This document shows, one piece after another, positions 12,509 to 21,950 of a stretch of DNA of 64,000 bases. The DNA comes from an uncultured Acidimicrobiales bacterium. Lineage in GTDB: Bacteria; Actinomycetota; Acidimicrobiia; Acidimicrobiales; SHLQ01. Each line of letters starts with the position of its first letter. Position 1 is the stretch's first letter. Made by a program: the position numbers and the translations under genes. A model generated the notes under the pieces. That model had not been told where the DNA came from, made no database searches, and saw only the letters and a list, made by a program, of their open reading frames with translations. Where the stretch lies: NCBI GenBank assembly GCA_938002955.1, contig CALLAA010000039.1, positions 397 through 64,396 on the forward strand, in the 5' to 3' direction.

Positions 12509-12639
12509 TTGTGCGTTTAGGCAAAACTGAAGGGACAAAGAGCGCCAATCGCACAAGAAAATAGTGAGAGCCTGACCTCTTTTGTACATCTTTGTTGCGT
12601 AAGATGATCGGATCTGCACAAGCCGCGAAACCTTCGCGG
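12509..12639. promoter_or_regulatory. Divergent deoR / binding-protein control region with a repeated TTGTGCG-type motif and a 5' UTR hairpin
   Basis: TTGTGCG at 12509-12515 and its complement CGCACAA at 12550-12556. TGCACAA at 12615-12621. Variants TTGTACA (12582-12588) and TTGTTGCG (12592-12599). Possible -10 TAAGAT at 12600-12605. Hairpin CCGCGAA-acc-TTCGCGG at 12623-12639, just before the GGAGGGG RBS. Confidence 0.4.
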
Positions 12640-12667
12640 ACAGACATCTCCTCGGAGGGGAATCATT

Positions 12668-14149
12668 ATGAAGAATTGGCGCAACCTGCTTGCGCTGCTC
12701 TTGGCATTCGGCCTAATCGCCGCAGCCTGTGGTAGCGACAGCAGTACCGATAGTGCATCAGAGTCTGACGCATCGAGCGAAGATAGCTCGAGCGATGACA
12801 GCTCAAGCGATGACGAAGCCATGGAAGATGACGACGCCATGGAAGACGAAGATGGCGACGCCATGGCCGACGACGAGCCAGCCGGCGATGCAATCACGAT
12901 CGACTACTGGCTCTGGGACGGCAACCAACAGCCGTTCTACGAGCAGTGCGCAGCTGACTTCACCGCAGCCAACCCGAACATCGAAGTTGTTGTTAGCCAG
13001 TTCGGTTGGGGCGACTACTGGGACGGTCTTACCGCAGCATTCGCTACCCGCACCGCTCCGGACGTGTTCACCGATCACCTCGCTCGCTACCCAGAGTTCG
13101 TCGAGTCGGGCGTTCTCGTTCCGCTCAACGACTTCGTTGAGGCAGATGGCGTTGACGTGACCAACTACTTCCCAGGCCTCGCTGAGCTCTGGACCTCTCC
13201 TGAAGGCGAGCGCTACGGCCTGCCCAAGGACTGGGACACCATTGCGCTCGTCGTCAACGACGACATGGCAGCAGCAGCTGGATCACCTGACCTCTCCAAC
13301 CTCACCTGGAACCCAGAAGACGGCGGCACCTTCGGTGAAGCGGTCAAGGCCATGACCGTTGACGGCAACGGCGTCCGCGGCAACGAAGACGGCTTCGACG
13401 CATCCACCATGGGTGACGACAGCGCTGTCTACGGATTCGGCCTCGAAGGTAACTTCGGCGCATTCGGTCAGACCACCTTCTCCGCATTCGCGGCGTCGAA
13501 CGGTTGGACCGCAGTCGACGGCGTTTGGGCTGACGAGGCAAACTATGCAGATCCTGCCCTCGCCGAGACCATCCAGTGGTTCGCTGACTGGATCGCTGCT
13601 GGCTTCATCACGCCAATCGCTGACGTGCAGGAGCTTGGTGGAACCACCTTGTTCCAGACCGGCAAGGCTGCAATGCAGACCAACGGTTCATGGATGATCT
13701 CGACCCTCTCCGGCGACGCCACCGAGGTTCCTGTTTCCTACGCACCAACCCCGGTTGGACCTGCTGGCGCACGCGCCTCGATGTTCAACGGCCTCGCTGA
13801 CTCCATCACCGCTTCTGCTGAAGATCCAGCAGCTGCTTGGGAATGGGTCAAGTACATGGCTTCTCCTGCATGTCAGGAAGTTGTTGGCGGCGGCGCAGTC
13901 GTCTTCCCAGCGATCCCAAGCGCAACCAAGATCGCTCAGGATGCACACGCTGCAAACGGTGTTGACGTTTCGGCGTTCACCACCCACGTAGACGACAACA
14001 CCACGTTCCTGTTCCCGATCACCGACTCGGCTTCCGCTATCGAAGCAATCGTCGGTCCAGCAATGGAATCGGTCCTTCGTGGTGACGCAACGGCAGCGGA
14101 CATCCTTCCGGGTATCGCTGAGCAGGTCAACGCCGAGTTGGCTGGCTAG
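12668..14149 (+). CDS. Carbohydrate ABC transporter substrate-binding lipoprotein with a long acidic linker
   Basis: Signal peptide plus lipobox LIAAAC. About 55 aa of S/D/E-rich linker. The remainder looks like a family-1 extracellular solute-binding protein (YWLWDGNQ..., WMIS...). Confidence 0.85.
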   Translation: MKNWRNLLALLLAFGLIAAACGSDSSTDSASESDASSEDSSSDDSSSDDEAMEDDDAMEDEDGDAMADDEPAGDAITIDYWLWDGNQQPFYEQCAADFTAANPNIEVVVSQFGWGDYWDGLTAAFATRTAPDVFTDHLARYPEFVESGVLVPLNDFVEADGVDVTNYFPGLAELWTSPEGERYGLPKDWDTIALVVNDDMAAAAGSPDLSNLTWNPEDGGTFGEAVKAMTVDGNGVRGNEDGFDASTMGDDSAVYGFGLEGNFGAFGQTTFSAFAASNGWTAVDGVWADEANYADPALAETIQWFADWIAAGFITPIADVQELGGTTLFQTGKAAMQTNGSWMISTLSGDATEVPVSYAPTPVGPAGARASMFNGLADSITASAEDPAAAWEWVKYMASPACQEVVGGGAVVFPAIPSATKIAQDAHAANGVDVSAFTTHVDDNTTFLFPITDSASAIEAIVGPAMESVLRGDATAADILPGIAEQVNAELAG

Positions 14150-14185
14150 TACGGCACTAGCCGTCCGTAGCGTTTACAACACGTT

Positions 14186-15838
14186 ATGAATTCGGGACCC
14201 GCACCTAGGCTTTTGCCGGTGCGGGTCCCGTTTCGCGTTTTGTCCGTACTTCTTGGAGCGGTCGTGCTCGCCACCGCGTGCGCATCGGAGCCGACCGCTA
14301 CGGAACGGCCCGTCGAAATCACCGCCAACACCCACCGCTCCCCCACCACGTGCAGCGATGGTTTCATTCCCCACGACCTCGAGCACACAACGTCTGGACC
14401 TGGCAATACCGCATCGACGTTCGACGGCACCGGCGCCGGGGTGGGCGTTGCCGACCTCGACGCCGATGGCGACTTCGACATCGTGCTCGCGAACCTTTCC
14501 GAGACGTCGTCGGTACTGGAGAACACCGGCGACCTCACCTTTGTCCGCCACGAACTCGAACGTGGGCGCTTTCGCGGCGTGTCGCTCATCGATGCGACGA
14601 GCGATGGTGCGGTCGACATTATTTTGACGACCGGAATCGGGCCGCCCGTTCTGTTCGCGAATGCAGCGAACGGTGACCTCGGGGGCTTTGAGCGCACTCG
14701 GCTCGAAGGGGTCCGCGCCGCCACCTATTCGATGGCGTGGACCGATCTCGGGGGCGACGGTGACCTCGATCTCGTCACGGGCTCGTACAACGCAGAGCTC
14801 ACGCTGCTCCGCAATTCGCCCATCCTCGGCGAAGACACCGGTGTGGTACTCCACGAGTGGAATGGCTCGGGATACGACGTCACGCGTCTGAGCGACACCG
14901 CTCAAGCGCTGGCGCTGATCACCTCCGATATCGACGGCGATCACCGTCCCGACATTCTCGTTGGCAACGACCTCGCCACGCCCGACATGACATGGCTGCA
15001 GACCGACGATGGTTTCGAAGCGCACGCACCGTTCACGACGAGCTCGTACTCGACGATGTCGTTCGACGCAGCCGACATCGACAACGATGGCCGCAACGAG
15101 CTCTTCTCGACCGACATGAAACCAGCGGTTCCCGACGACCGGTACCGCGAGGTCGACGAAGACATGGCGGCCGCTCCCGTCGTGGACGACATCCAGACCC
15201 CCGAGAACGTGCTGAACGACTTTGGCGACGAGGGCTTCTTCAACATGGCCGCTGGTCAGAGCATCGCAACGACCGGTTGGAGTTGGTCCGGACTGTTTGG
15301 CGACCTCGACAACGACGGTCTCCAAGATCTCTACGTCACGAACGGTATGCGCAGCGATCAGCTCTTCGACTTCCTTCCAGAGGCTCGCCTGGTCGAGGAG
15401 AATCAAGCATTCCAGAATCGAAACGGCACCCTCGAGCTCATGCCATCGTGGGGTCTAGGCGACACGCTCGGCGGTCGTGGGATGGCCCAGGCGGACCTCG
15501 ATGGTGATGGCGATCTCGATATTGTTCTGAACAACCTCGATGGGCCGTCCAGGCTGTTCGAAAATCAGCTGTGCGGCAATGCGGTGACGGTCTCTTTGGT
15601 TTGGCCCGACAGCAACAATCACGATGCCCTCGGCTCAACAATTACTGCCGCCGGTAGCGGAATTGAGATGACTCGAGAGATCACTTCGTCACGCGGTTAC
15701 CTTTCATCTGGGCCGCCGGTTGCGCACTTTGGAACGGGCGATTTGTCCAGCCTCGACATCACGGTCACATGGCCCGATGGAACGATCTCAACCGTCAACG
15801 CCGTCGAACCAAATACCCATCTCACCATTACCCAATAG
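14186..15838 (+). CDS. FG-GAP/VCBS-repeat lipoprotein with C-terminal ASPIC/UnbV-like domain (CRTAC1 family-like)
   Basis: Lipobox VLATAC. Repeated Ca-binding-type loops: DLDADGDFDIVLAN, DLGGDGDLDLVTGS, DIDGDHRPDILVGN, DIDNDGRNELFSTD, DLDNDGLQDLYVTNG, DLDGDGDLDIVLNN. C-terminal GSTITAAG...SSRGYLSSGPPVAHFGTG. Confidence 0.75.
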   Translation: MNSGPAPRLLPVRVPFRVLSVLLGAVVLATACASEPTATERPVEITANTHRSPTTCSDGFIPHDLEHTTSGPGNTASTFDGTGAGVGVADLDADGDFDIVLANLSETSSVLENTGDLTFVRHELERGRFRGVSLIDATSDGAVDIILTTGIGPPVLFANAANGDLGGFERTRLEGVRAATYSMAWTDLGGDGDLDLVTGSYNAELTLLRNSPILGEDTGVVLHEWNGSGYDVTRLSDTAQALALITSDIDGDHRPDILVGNDLATPDMTWLQTDDGFEAHAPFTTSSYSTMSFDAADIDNDGRNELFSTDMKPAVPDDRYREVDEDMAAAPVVDDIQTPENVLNDFGDEGFFNMAAGQSIATTGWSWSGLFGDLDNDGLQDLYVTNGMRSDQLFDFLPEARLVEENQAFQNRNGTLELMPSWGLGDTLGGRGMAQADLDGDGDLDIVLNNLDGPSRLFENQLCGNAVTVSLVWPDSNNHDALGSTITAAGSGIEMTREITSSRGYLSSGPPVAHFGTGDLSSLDITVTWPDGTISTVNAVEPNTHLTITQ

Positions 15839-15891
15839 CCCGTCTTCAGCCTGCACTGCGCAACGCTGATCATCGCACCTGTGGAGTACCG

Positions 15892-18003
15892 ATGACCCTG
15901 CAAGCCCTCACGACCGCACACCGACAGCTCATCGTGAATACATCGACCGGTGTTCCCGAGCTGGTCTGGTTTGGTCGCCCCCTGAGCGGAGATCTCGACG
16001 CGCTCCATGTCCTGGGCGAGCGCTCGATTGCGAACGCTTCGCTCGACGCCGAGGGTCCGGCCACCCTGTTGCCGGTCGAAAGCGACGGTTGGCTCGGCCA
16101 GCCTGGCATCGAGGGTCGTCGTGCAGACGGATCTGCGTGGTCCCCGCGCTGGTCGCTCGTCGATTGTGCGGTGTCGGCATCGTCGATCGTCACGACAGGC
16201 CACGACGCACTCGCTGGTCTCACCGTCATTACCACCATCACCCTCGAGCCCGAAGGTGTCGGAACCGTCCAGGTCGAACTTCGAAACGACGGCGACAATG
16301 ACTATGTCCTCAACCGGATGGCGGTGACCATCCCTGTTGCTCCCGAGGTGACCGAGCTACAAGTACCCGAGGGCCGTTGGGTACACGAGTATCACGAGGT
16401 GCGTCTGCCCTGGCGGGTGGGGGCTATCGAGATTGCGAATCGCCGAGGTCGAACGTCTCACGACAAGCCACCATGGGTTTTTGCGGGTCAGGCATCGTTC
16501 ACGAACCAGACCGGTCGGGTTTGGGGAGCCCACCTTGGTTGGTCGGGCAATGCCGCCGTTCGAGCCGAGGTGCTCACCGACGGCCGCCGCGTGCTCCAGC
16601 TCGGCGAAGTTCTGCTCGGCGACGAACTCCGAATCGCTCCGGAGGAGTCATACCAGTCCCCCGTTGTCTACCTGGGTTGGAGTGACGAGGGCATGAACGG
16701 CGTCAGTCGCTCGTTCCACCGATATCTGCGAGCGCGACCGCAACATCCAAAGCCGTCGAACCCTCGTCCGATCCATATGAATACATGGGAAGCTGTCTAC
16801 TTCAACCACGACCTCGACACGTTGAAAGCGCTCGCCGATCGCGCCGCCGAAGTCGGTGCCGAGCGATACGTGCTCGATGACGGCTGGTTCGGTGGTCGGC
16901 GCAACGACCAAGCCGGCCTCGGCGACTGGTGGGTGTCACCAGACGTGTGGCCCAACGGCCTCGAACCGCTGATCGAACACGTCACCGGGCTTGGGATGGA
17001 GTTCGGCATTTGGGTCGAACCCGAAATGGTCAACCCCGACTCCGATCTGTATCGGGCTCACCCGGACTGGGCTCTCGGCGTCCCTGGGTATGACAAGGTC
17101 ACCGGGCGATATCAACTGGTGCTGGACCTCACGAAGGATGAGGTTTGGAACTACCTGTTCGAGCATCTCGACCGACTGCTCGCCGATCACGATGTTGGTT
17201 ACGTGAAGTGGGATATGAACCGCGACCTCACCCAACCAGCGTCGGGAGAACGTGCGGCCGCTCACGCGCAGACGCTTGCGGTGTATCGACTCATCGATGC
17301 GCTGCGAGCAAACCATCCCGGCGTCGACATCGAGAGTTGTTCCTCGGGCGGGGCTCGCGCCGACTACGGCATCTTGGAACGTACCGACCGCGTCTGGACC
17401 AGCGATAGCAACGACGCCATGGAACGTCAGCGTATTCAGAGCGGATTCCTCCGGTTCTTCCCACCCGAGGTCATGGGAGCGCACGTCGGGCCGAATCAGT
17501 CGCATACGTCGGGCCGTCGACACGGTCTTGGATTCCGGTGTACGTCTGCGTTCTTTGGCCACTTCGGTATCGAGTGGAACCTGCTCGACGCTTCCGATGC
17601 CGAACGGGCGCAACTCGCCGAGGTGATCACTCTTCACAAGCGTCATCGTGAGCTGATGCATAGCGGGACGGTCTGGCACGTCGACGCTGCTGACCCCGGC
17701 CTGCACATTATGGGCGTCGTCGCCGTCGACCAGAGCGAAGCGTTGTATTCGGTTGCCCAGCTTGCCGTTGCGCGGAACGCGACGCCCGAGCGCATGCAAT
17801 TTCCTGGTCTCGATCGCTCGGCGAACTACGACGTTTCGCTCGTCCGACTTGCTGACACCAAGCTCGGCCTGGCGATGCGCCAGCCCAAATGGACCGAGAC
17901 CGGGGCTCAGGACATTCCGGCCGATGTGTTGTCTGCATACGGCATCCAGCTACCGGCTCTCGATCCTGAATCGGCGATTCTCATACACCTGACGAAGCGA
18001 TGA
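15892..18003 (+). CDS. GH36 family alpha-galactosidase
   Basis: KWDMNRD and ESCSSGGAR catalytic-region motifs, about 700 aa. ATG at 15892 is preceded by GGAG. The ORF-track start at 15769 overlaps the upstream gene. Confidence 0.88.
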   Translation: MTLQALTTAHRQLIVNTSTGVPELVWFGRPLSGDLDALHVLGERSIANASLDAEGPATLLPVESDGWLGQPGIEGRRADGSAWSPRWSLVDCAVSASSIVTTGHDALAGLTVITTITLEPEGVGTVQVELRNDGDNDYVLNRMAVTIPVAPEVTELQVPEGRWVHEYHEVRLPWRVGAIEIANRRGRTSHDKPPWVFAGQASFTNQTGRVWGAHLGWSGNAAVRAEVLTDGRRVLQLGEVLLGDELRIAPEESYQSPVVYLGWSDEGMNGVSRSFHRYLRARPQHPKPSNPRPIHMNTWEAVYFNHDLDTLKALADRAAEVGAERYVLDDGWFGGRRNDQAGLGDWWVSPDVWPNGLEPLIEHVTGLGMEFGIWVEPEMVNPDSDLYRAHPDWALGVPGYDKVTGRYQLVLDLTKDEVWNYLFEHLDRLLADHDVGYVKWDMNRDLTQPASGERAAAHAQTLAVYRLIDALRANHPGVDIESCSSGGARADYGILERTDRVWTSDSNDAMERQRIQSGFLRFFPPEVMGAHVGPNQSHTSGRRHGLGFRCTSAFFGHFGIEWNLLDASDAERAQLAEVITLHKRHRELMHSGTVWHVDAADPGLHIMGVVAVDQSEALYSVAQLAVARNATPERMQFPGLDRSANYDVSLVRLADTKLGLAMRQPKWTETGAQDIPADVLSAYGIQLPALDPESAILIHLTKR

Positions 18004-18013
18004 CCCGTCGAAA

Positions 18014-18051
18014 TGTAAACGCTTAAAGTGCTGAATTTTCAGTGATTTAGG
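18014..18051 (+). promoter_or_regulatory. LacI/cre-like half-palindrome and AU-rich hairpin in the leader of the ABC ATPase gene
   Basis: TGTAAACGCTTAAA (18014-18027) matches TGNAANCGNTTNCA at 9 of 10 fixed positions. An imperfect 12-pair hairpin spans 18022-18051 around CTGAATTTTCAG. The region is AT-rich relative to its flanks. Confidence 0.35.
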
Positions 18052-18121
18052 CATAGCCAGAGTGGACTGGCAAGCGGTGTTTGGAGTAAACAGATATGAG
18101 TGACTTTCTAGGGGGAAATAC

Positions 18122-19294
<1,173 letters not shown>

Positions 19295-19330
19295 CGACGT
19301 CACCTCGCGGTCACCTCGCGCAAAACGAAC

Positions 19331-19380
19331 GACACCCCAGCGCATGCTCGCTTGAGCAATGGCGCTGGGGTGTCGGCGTT
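19331..19380. terminator. Bidirectional intrinsic terminator between msiK and dapD
   Basis: 13-bp stem GACACCCCAGCGC (19331-19343) / GCGCTGGGGTGTC (19362-19374). Flanked by AAAACG upstream and GCGTTTTCG downstream. Preceded by a tandem 11-mer GTCACCTCGCG x2 (19299-19320). Confidence 0.75.
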
Positions 19381-19389
19381 TTCGTGCGT

Positions 19390-20280
19390 CTAGTTGGCGT
19401 GAAGCGCGTCGTTCAGGCCGGTCCAGTTCGCACCGTTCGGAACGGCCTCAACGGCACCGCTCATCGAGTTGCGGCGGAACAACAGGCCGTTGACGCCAGA
19501 CAATTCTCGGCCAGCGCGCACATCGCCTTCGGGCAGCGTCACCTTCGTACCGGCGGTGAGGTAGAGGCCGGCTTCGACAATGCAGTCGTTTCCAAGCGAG
19601 ATTCCGAGGCCGGAGTTCGCTCCGAGGAGACAGCGTTCGCCAAGAGAAATGACCTCTTGCCCGCCACCAGAGAGGGTTCCCATAATCGAGGCGCCGCCGC
19701 CGACATCGGATCCGTCACCAACGACCACGCCAGCTGAAATGCGGCCTTCGACCATCGACGCTCCAAGCGTGCCCGCATTGAAGTTCACGAATCCTTCGTG
19801 CATGACGGTGGTGCCTTCGGCGAGATGTGCTCCGAGGCGCACCCGGTTGGCATTTGCGATGCGCACACCCGAAGGGACGACGTAATCGAGCATCCGGGGG
19901 AACTTGTCCAGCCCGTTGACGCCAACGTGCACACCATGGTCGGCAACAGCACCTTTGAGGGCATCGACCTTGTCGGGCAGGACGGGACCCACGGTGGTCC
20001 AGGCGACGTTGGTGAGCGCACCGAACACACCGGTCATGTCGATCCCGTGTGGGGCGACGTCGCGTCGGCTCAGGAGATGCAGGCGAAGATAGGCGTCGGA
20101 AACATCGGCAGGTGGGGCATCGTGATCGATGGTGATCTCGAAGGCCTCGCCGCGGATCAGGCCGGCTGCTTCGGCAGCACATGCCCGCTTCGGTTCTGCA
20201 TGTACGGGGTACCAGCTGTCGAGCACGGTTCCGCTCTCAGCATCGATCCATCGGTGGCCTGCGGCGGTGGTCATGAACAC
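19390..20280 (-). CDS. dapD: 2,3,4,5-tetrahydropyridine-2,6-dicarboxylate N-succinyltransferase (actinobacterial type)
   Basis: AYLRLHLLS motif, as I recall it in mycobacterial DapD, and C-terminal hexapeptide repeats ([24 protein letters not shown]...). The start may be the ATG at 20274. Confidence 0.8.
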   Translation of the reverse strand: MFMTTAAGHRWIDAESGTVLDSWYPVHAEPKRACAAEAAGLIRGEAFEITIDHDAPPADVSDAYLRLHLLSRRDVAPHGIDMTGVFGALTNVAWTTVGPVLPDKVDALKGAVADHGVHVGVNGLDKFPRMLDYVVPSGVRIANANRVRLGAHLAEGTTVMHEGFVNFNAGTLGASMVEGRISAGVVVGDGSDVGGGASIMGTLSGGGQEVISLGERCLLGANSGLGISLGNDCIVEAGLYLTAGTKVTLPEGDVRAGRELSGVNGLLFRRNSMSGAVEAVPNGANWTGLNDALHAN

Positions 20281-20411
20281 GTCTCCGTTGGGAACATTCG
20301 GTGAACCTCGTTGTTGAGGAACACGTTGGAATCTATCGGGCGGCTACGGTGCTACCCATGCCAGGACGCGTGTTGCGCCAGTTGTTACGCCCTTTTCGGA
20401 AGGAACCCCGT

Positions 20412-20825
20412 ATGAGCACCTTTGATGACGCCGAACTCCGTGAACGTTTGACTCCCGAACAGTATGAAATCACCCAGCGTGCGGGGACCGAACGGGCCTT
20501 CACCGGCGAGTACCACGACACCAAGACACCGGGCACCTACCACTGCCGTGTGTGCGATGAGCCGCTCTTTAGCAGCGAGACCAAGTACGACTCTGGGTCG
20601 GGCTGGCCGAGCTTTACAATCCCTATGAGCGACGGTGCCGTCGAAGAAAAGCGTGACGTCACGCTCGGCATGGTTCGTACCGAATCGCTGTGTGCGAGCT
20701 GCGGTGCACACCTCGGCCACGTATTCCCCGACGGCCCCGGACCCGAGGGTCTTCGGTACTGCATGAACTCGGCGTCGCTGCGCCTCGAGGCCGATGAGGA
20801 CCCCACAATTGATGCTCCTGAATAG
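20412..20825 (+). CDS. msrB: Peptide-methionine (R)-S-oxide reductase
   Basis: Two CxxC zinc motifs ([21 protein letters not shown]) and the catalytic RYCMNS. ATG at 20412 is preceded by GGAAGGAA. Confidence 0.92.
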   Translation: MSTFDDAELRERLTPEQYEITQRAGTERAFTGEYHDTKTPGTYHCRVCDEPLFSSETKYDSGSGWPSFTIPMSDGAVEEKRDVTLGMVRTESLCASCGAHLGHVFPDGPGPEGLRYCMNSASLRLEADEDPTIDAPE

Positions 20826-20865
20826 GGAGCTATAGCAAGGCAACATCGCGACCGATAGTTGATCT

Positions 20866-21321
20866 ATGGTTGCGACCATGAGGTTCGTTGGAGCCACGGT
20901 GGATGAGCTCTTAAAGCATGGGGATTGTGTTTCGCCCCACGCCGATGTCGGTGACGCCGCCGAGGAGTTTCTCGCGTCGTTGGAGCCGATCGGTGAGTCG
21001 TTCGAGATGCCCTGGAAGTTCTCTGAATCGCTCGATGTATTGAGCAATTGGCTTCCTCCCGAGCTCCAAGAGCGGCTCGCGAAGCCTGGCGGTTGTCGTC
21101 CGGAGAACCACCTGGAAGCGTCTATTGTCGCACTGGCGCTAGAGGCCGGTGTCCGGTTACAACCGCTGACGAAGCAGGACATGATTCGGCTGCAGCATGT
21201 GGCCCAGCACGCGACCGAAAGTGACGCGTGGGGCCGGCAGAGCCCGTATCCATGGGACACGGTGGCGTCAGCCGATATCGAGGACTTCGACTTCTTTGCC
21301 CTTTTTGCGCCAACCAGCTGA
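20866..21321 (+). CDS. Hypothetical protein (orphan ORF, atypical codon usage)
   Basis: 151-aa ORF in the only gap between msrB and the MaoC gene. No recognisable motif and no clear RBS. Codon endings look G/T-enriched compared with the C-ending bias of neighbouring genes. Confidence 0.4.
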   Translation: MVATMRFVGATVDELLKHGDCVSPHADVGDAAEEFLASLEPIGESFEMPWKFSESLDVLSNWLPPELQERLAKPGGCRPENHLEASIVALALEAGVRLQPLTKQDMIRLQHVAQHATESDAWGRQSPYPWDTVASADIEDFDFFALFAPTS

Positions 21322-21333
21322 CAGACTCGGTAG

Positions 21334-21798
21334 ATGGCAATCATTCCAAAGGGCATGTGGTTTGAAGAGTTCGAGGTCGGACTGGTCGTTCCGCACGCAC
21401 TGACCCGCACCATAACCGAGGCCGACAATGTCGGTTTCTCCACCCAGACCCTGAACCCGGCGCCCCTCCATATCGACGCACAGTATGCGGCAACGACGAG
21501 CTTCGGGAAGCCCTTGGTGAACTCGTTACTGACGTTGGGAATCGTGGTGGGCATCTCGGTTCACGAGCTAACCCATGGAACGACGGTCGCCAATCTTGGA
21601 TTCGACACGGTGCGGTTTCCTGCGCCGCTGTTTCATGGAGACACGATCCACGTCGAGACAGAGATCACGGCGGTACGGGCGTCAAAATCGAAGGCGGACC
21701 GGGGAATCGTCACGATGGAGCATCGGGCCTACAACCAAGATGATGTGCTCGTCTGTAGCGCGGTCCGCAATGCGCTCATGATGCGCAAACCGACCTAA
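21334..21798 (+). CDS. MaoC-like (R)-specific enoyl-CoA hydratase/dehydratase
   Basis: Hot-dog fold pattern: FEEFEVG...TRTITEADNVGFSTQTLNPAPLHID...RFPAPLFHGDTIHVETEI. Confidence 0.8.
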   Translation: MAIIPKGMWFEEFEVGLVVPHALTRTITEADNVGFSTQTLNPAPLHIDAQYAATTSFGKPLVNSLLTLGIVVGISVHELTHGTTVANLGFDTVRFPAPLFHGDTIHVETEITAVRASKSKADRGIVTMEHRAYNQDDVLVCSAVRNALMMRKPT

Positions 21799-21899
21799 TT
21801 CAGCGCGGCACGTCCGGCCACCTCCAGGGCCGTCCGATCGCTCCGTTTACACGCAGTCACCCTGTTCAAATTGACGGCATCATCAGATAGGTGGTTGGA

Positions 21900-21913
21900 T
21901 GAAAGCGCTTCCA
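21900..21913. promoter_or_regulatory. LacI-family operator-like palindrome upstream of the LacI gene
   Basis: TGAAAGCGCTTCCA fits TGNAANCGNTTNCA at all 10 fixed positions. A TTGACG -35-like hexamer lies at 21871-21876. The ATG at 21951 is 38 nt downstream. Confidence 0.5.
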
Positions 21914-21950
21914 CAATGAGGTGGGAGTTCGCAGCGGTGACGGGAACGCT

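Noticed and set aside
15769-15891. Long N-terminal extensions implied by ORF-track starts (also 12486-12647, 31674-31760, 38735-38824, 42057-42191, 44591-44758, 51476-51553, 59487-59735 and 63153-63389)
   Set aside because: The extensions overlap upstream genes or lie in structured intergenic regions, and they precede canonical conserved N-termini. Internal starts were chosen instead.
20385-21554. 389-aa minus-strand ORF
   Set aside because: It overlaps msrB, the orphan ORF and the MaoC gene on the opposite strand. It is S/A-rich with no motifs. I treat it as a shadow ORF.
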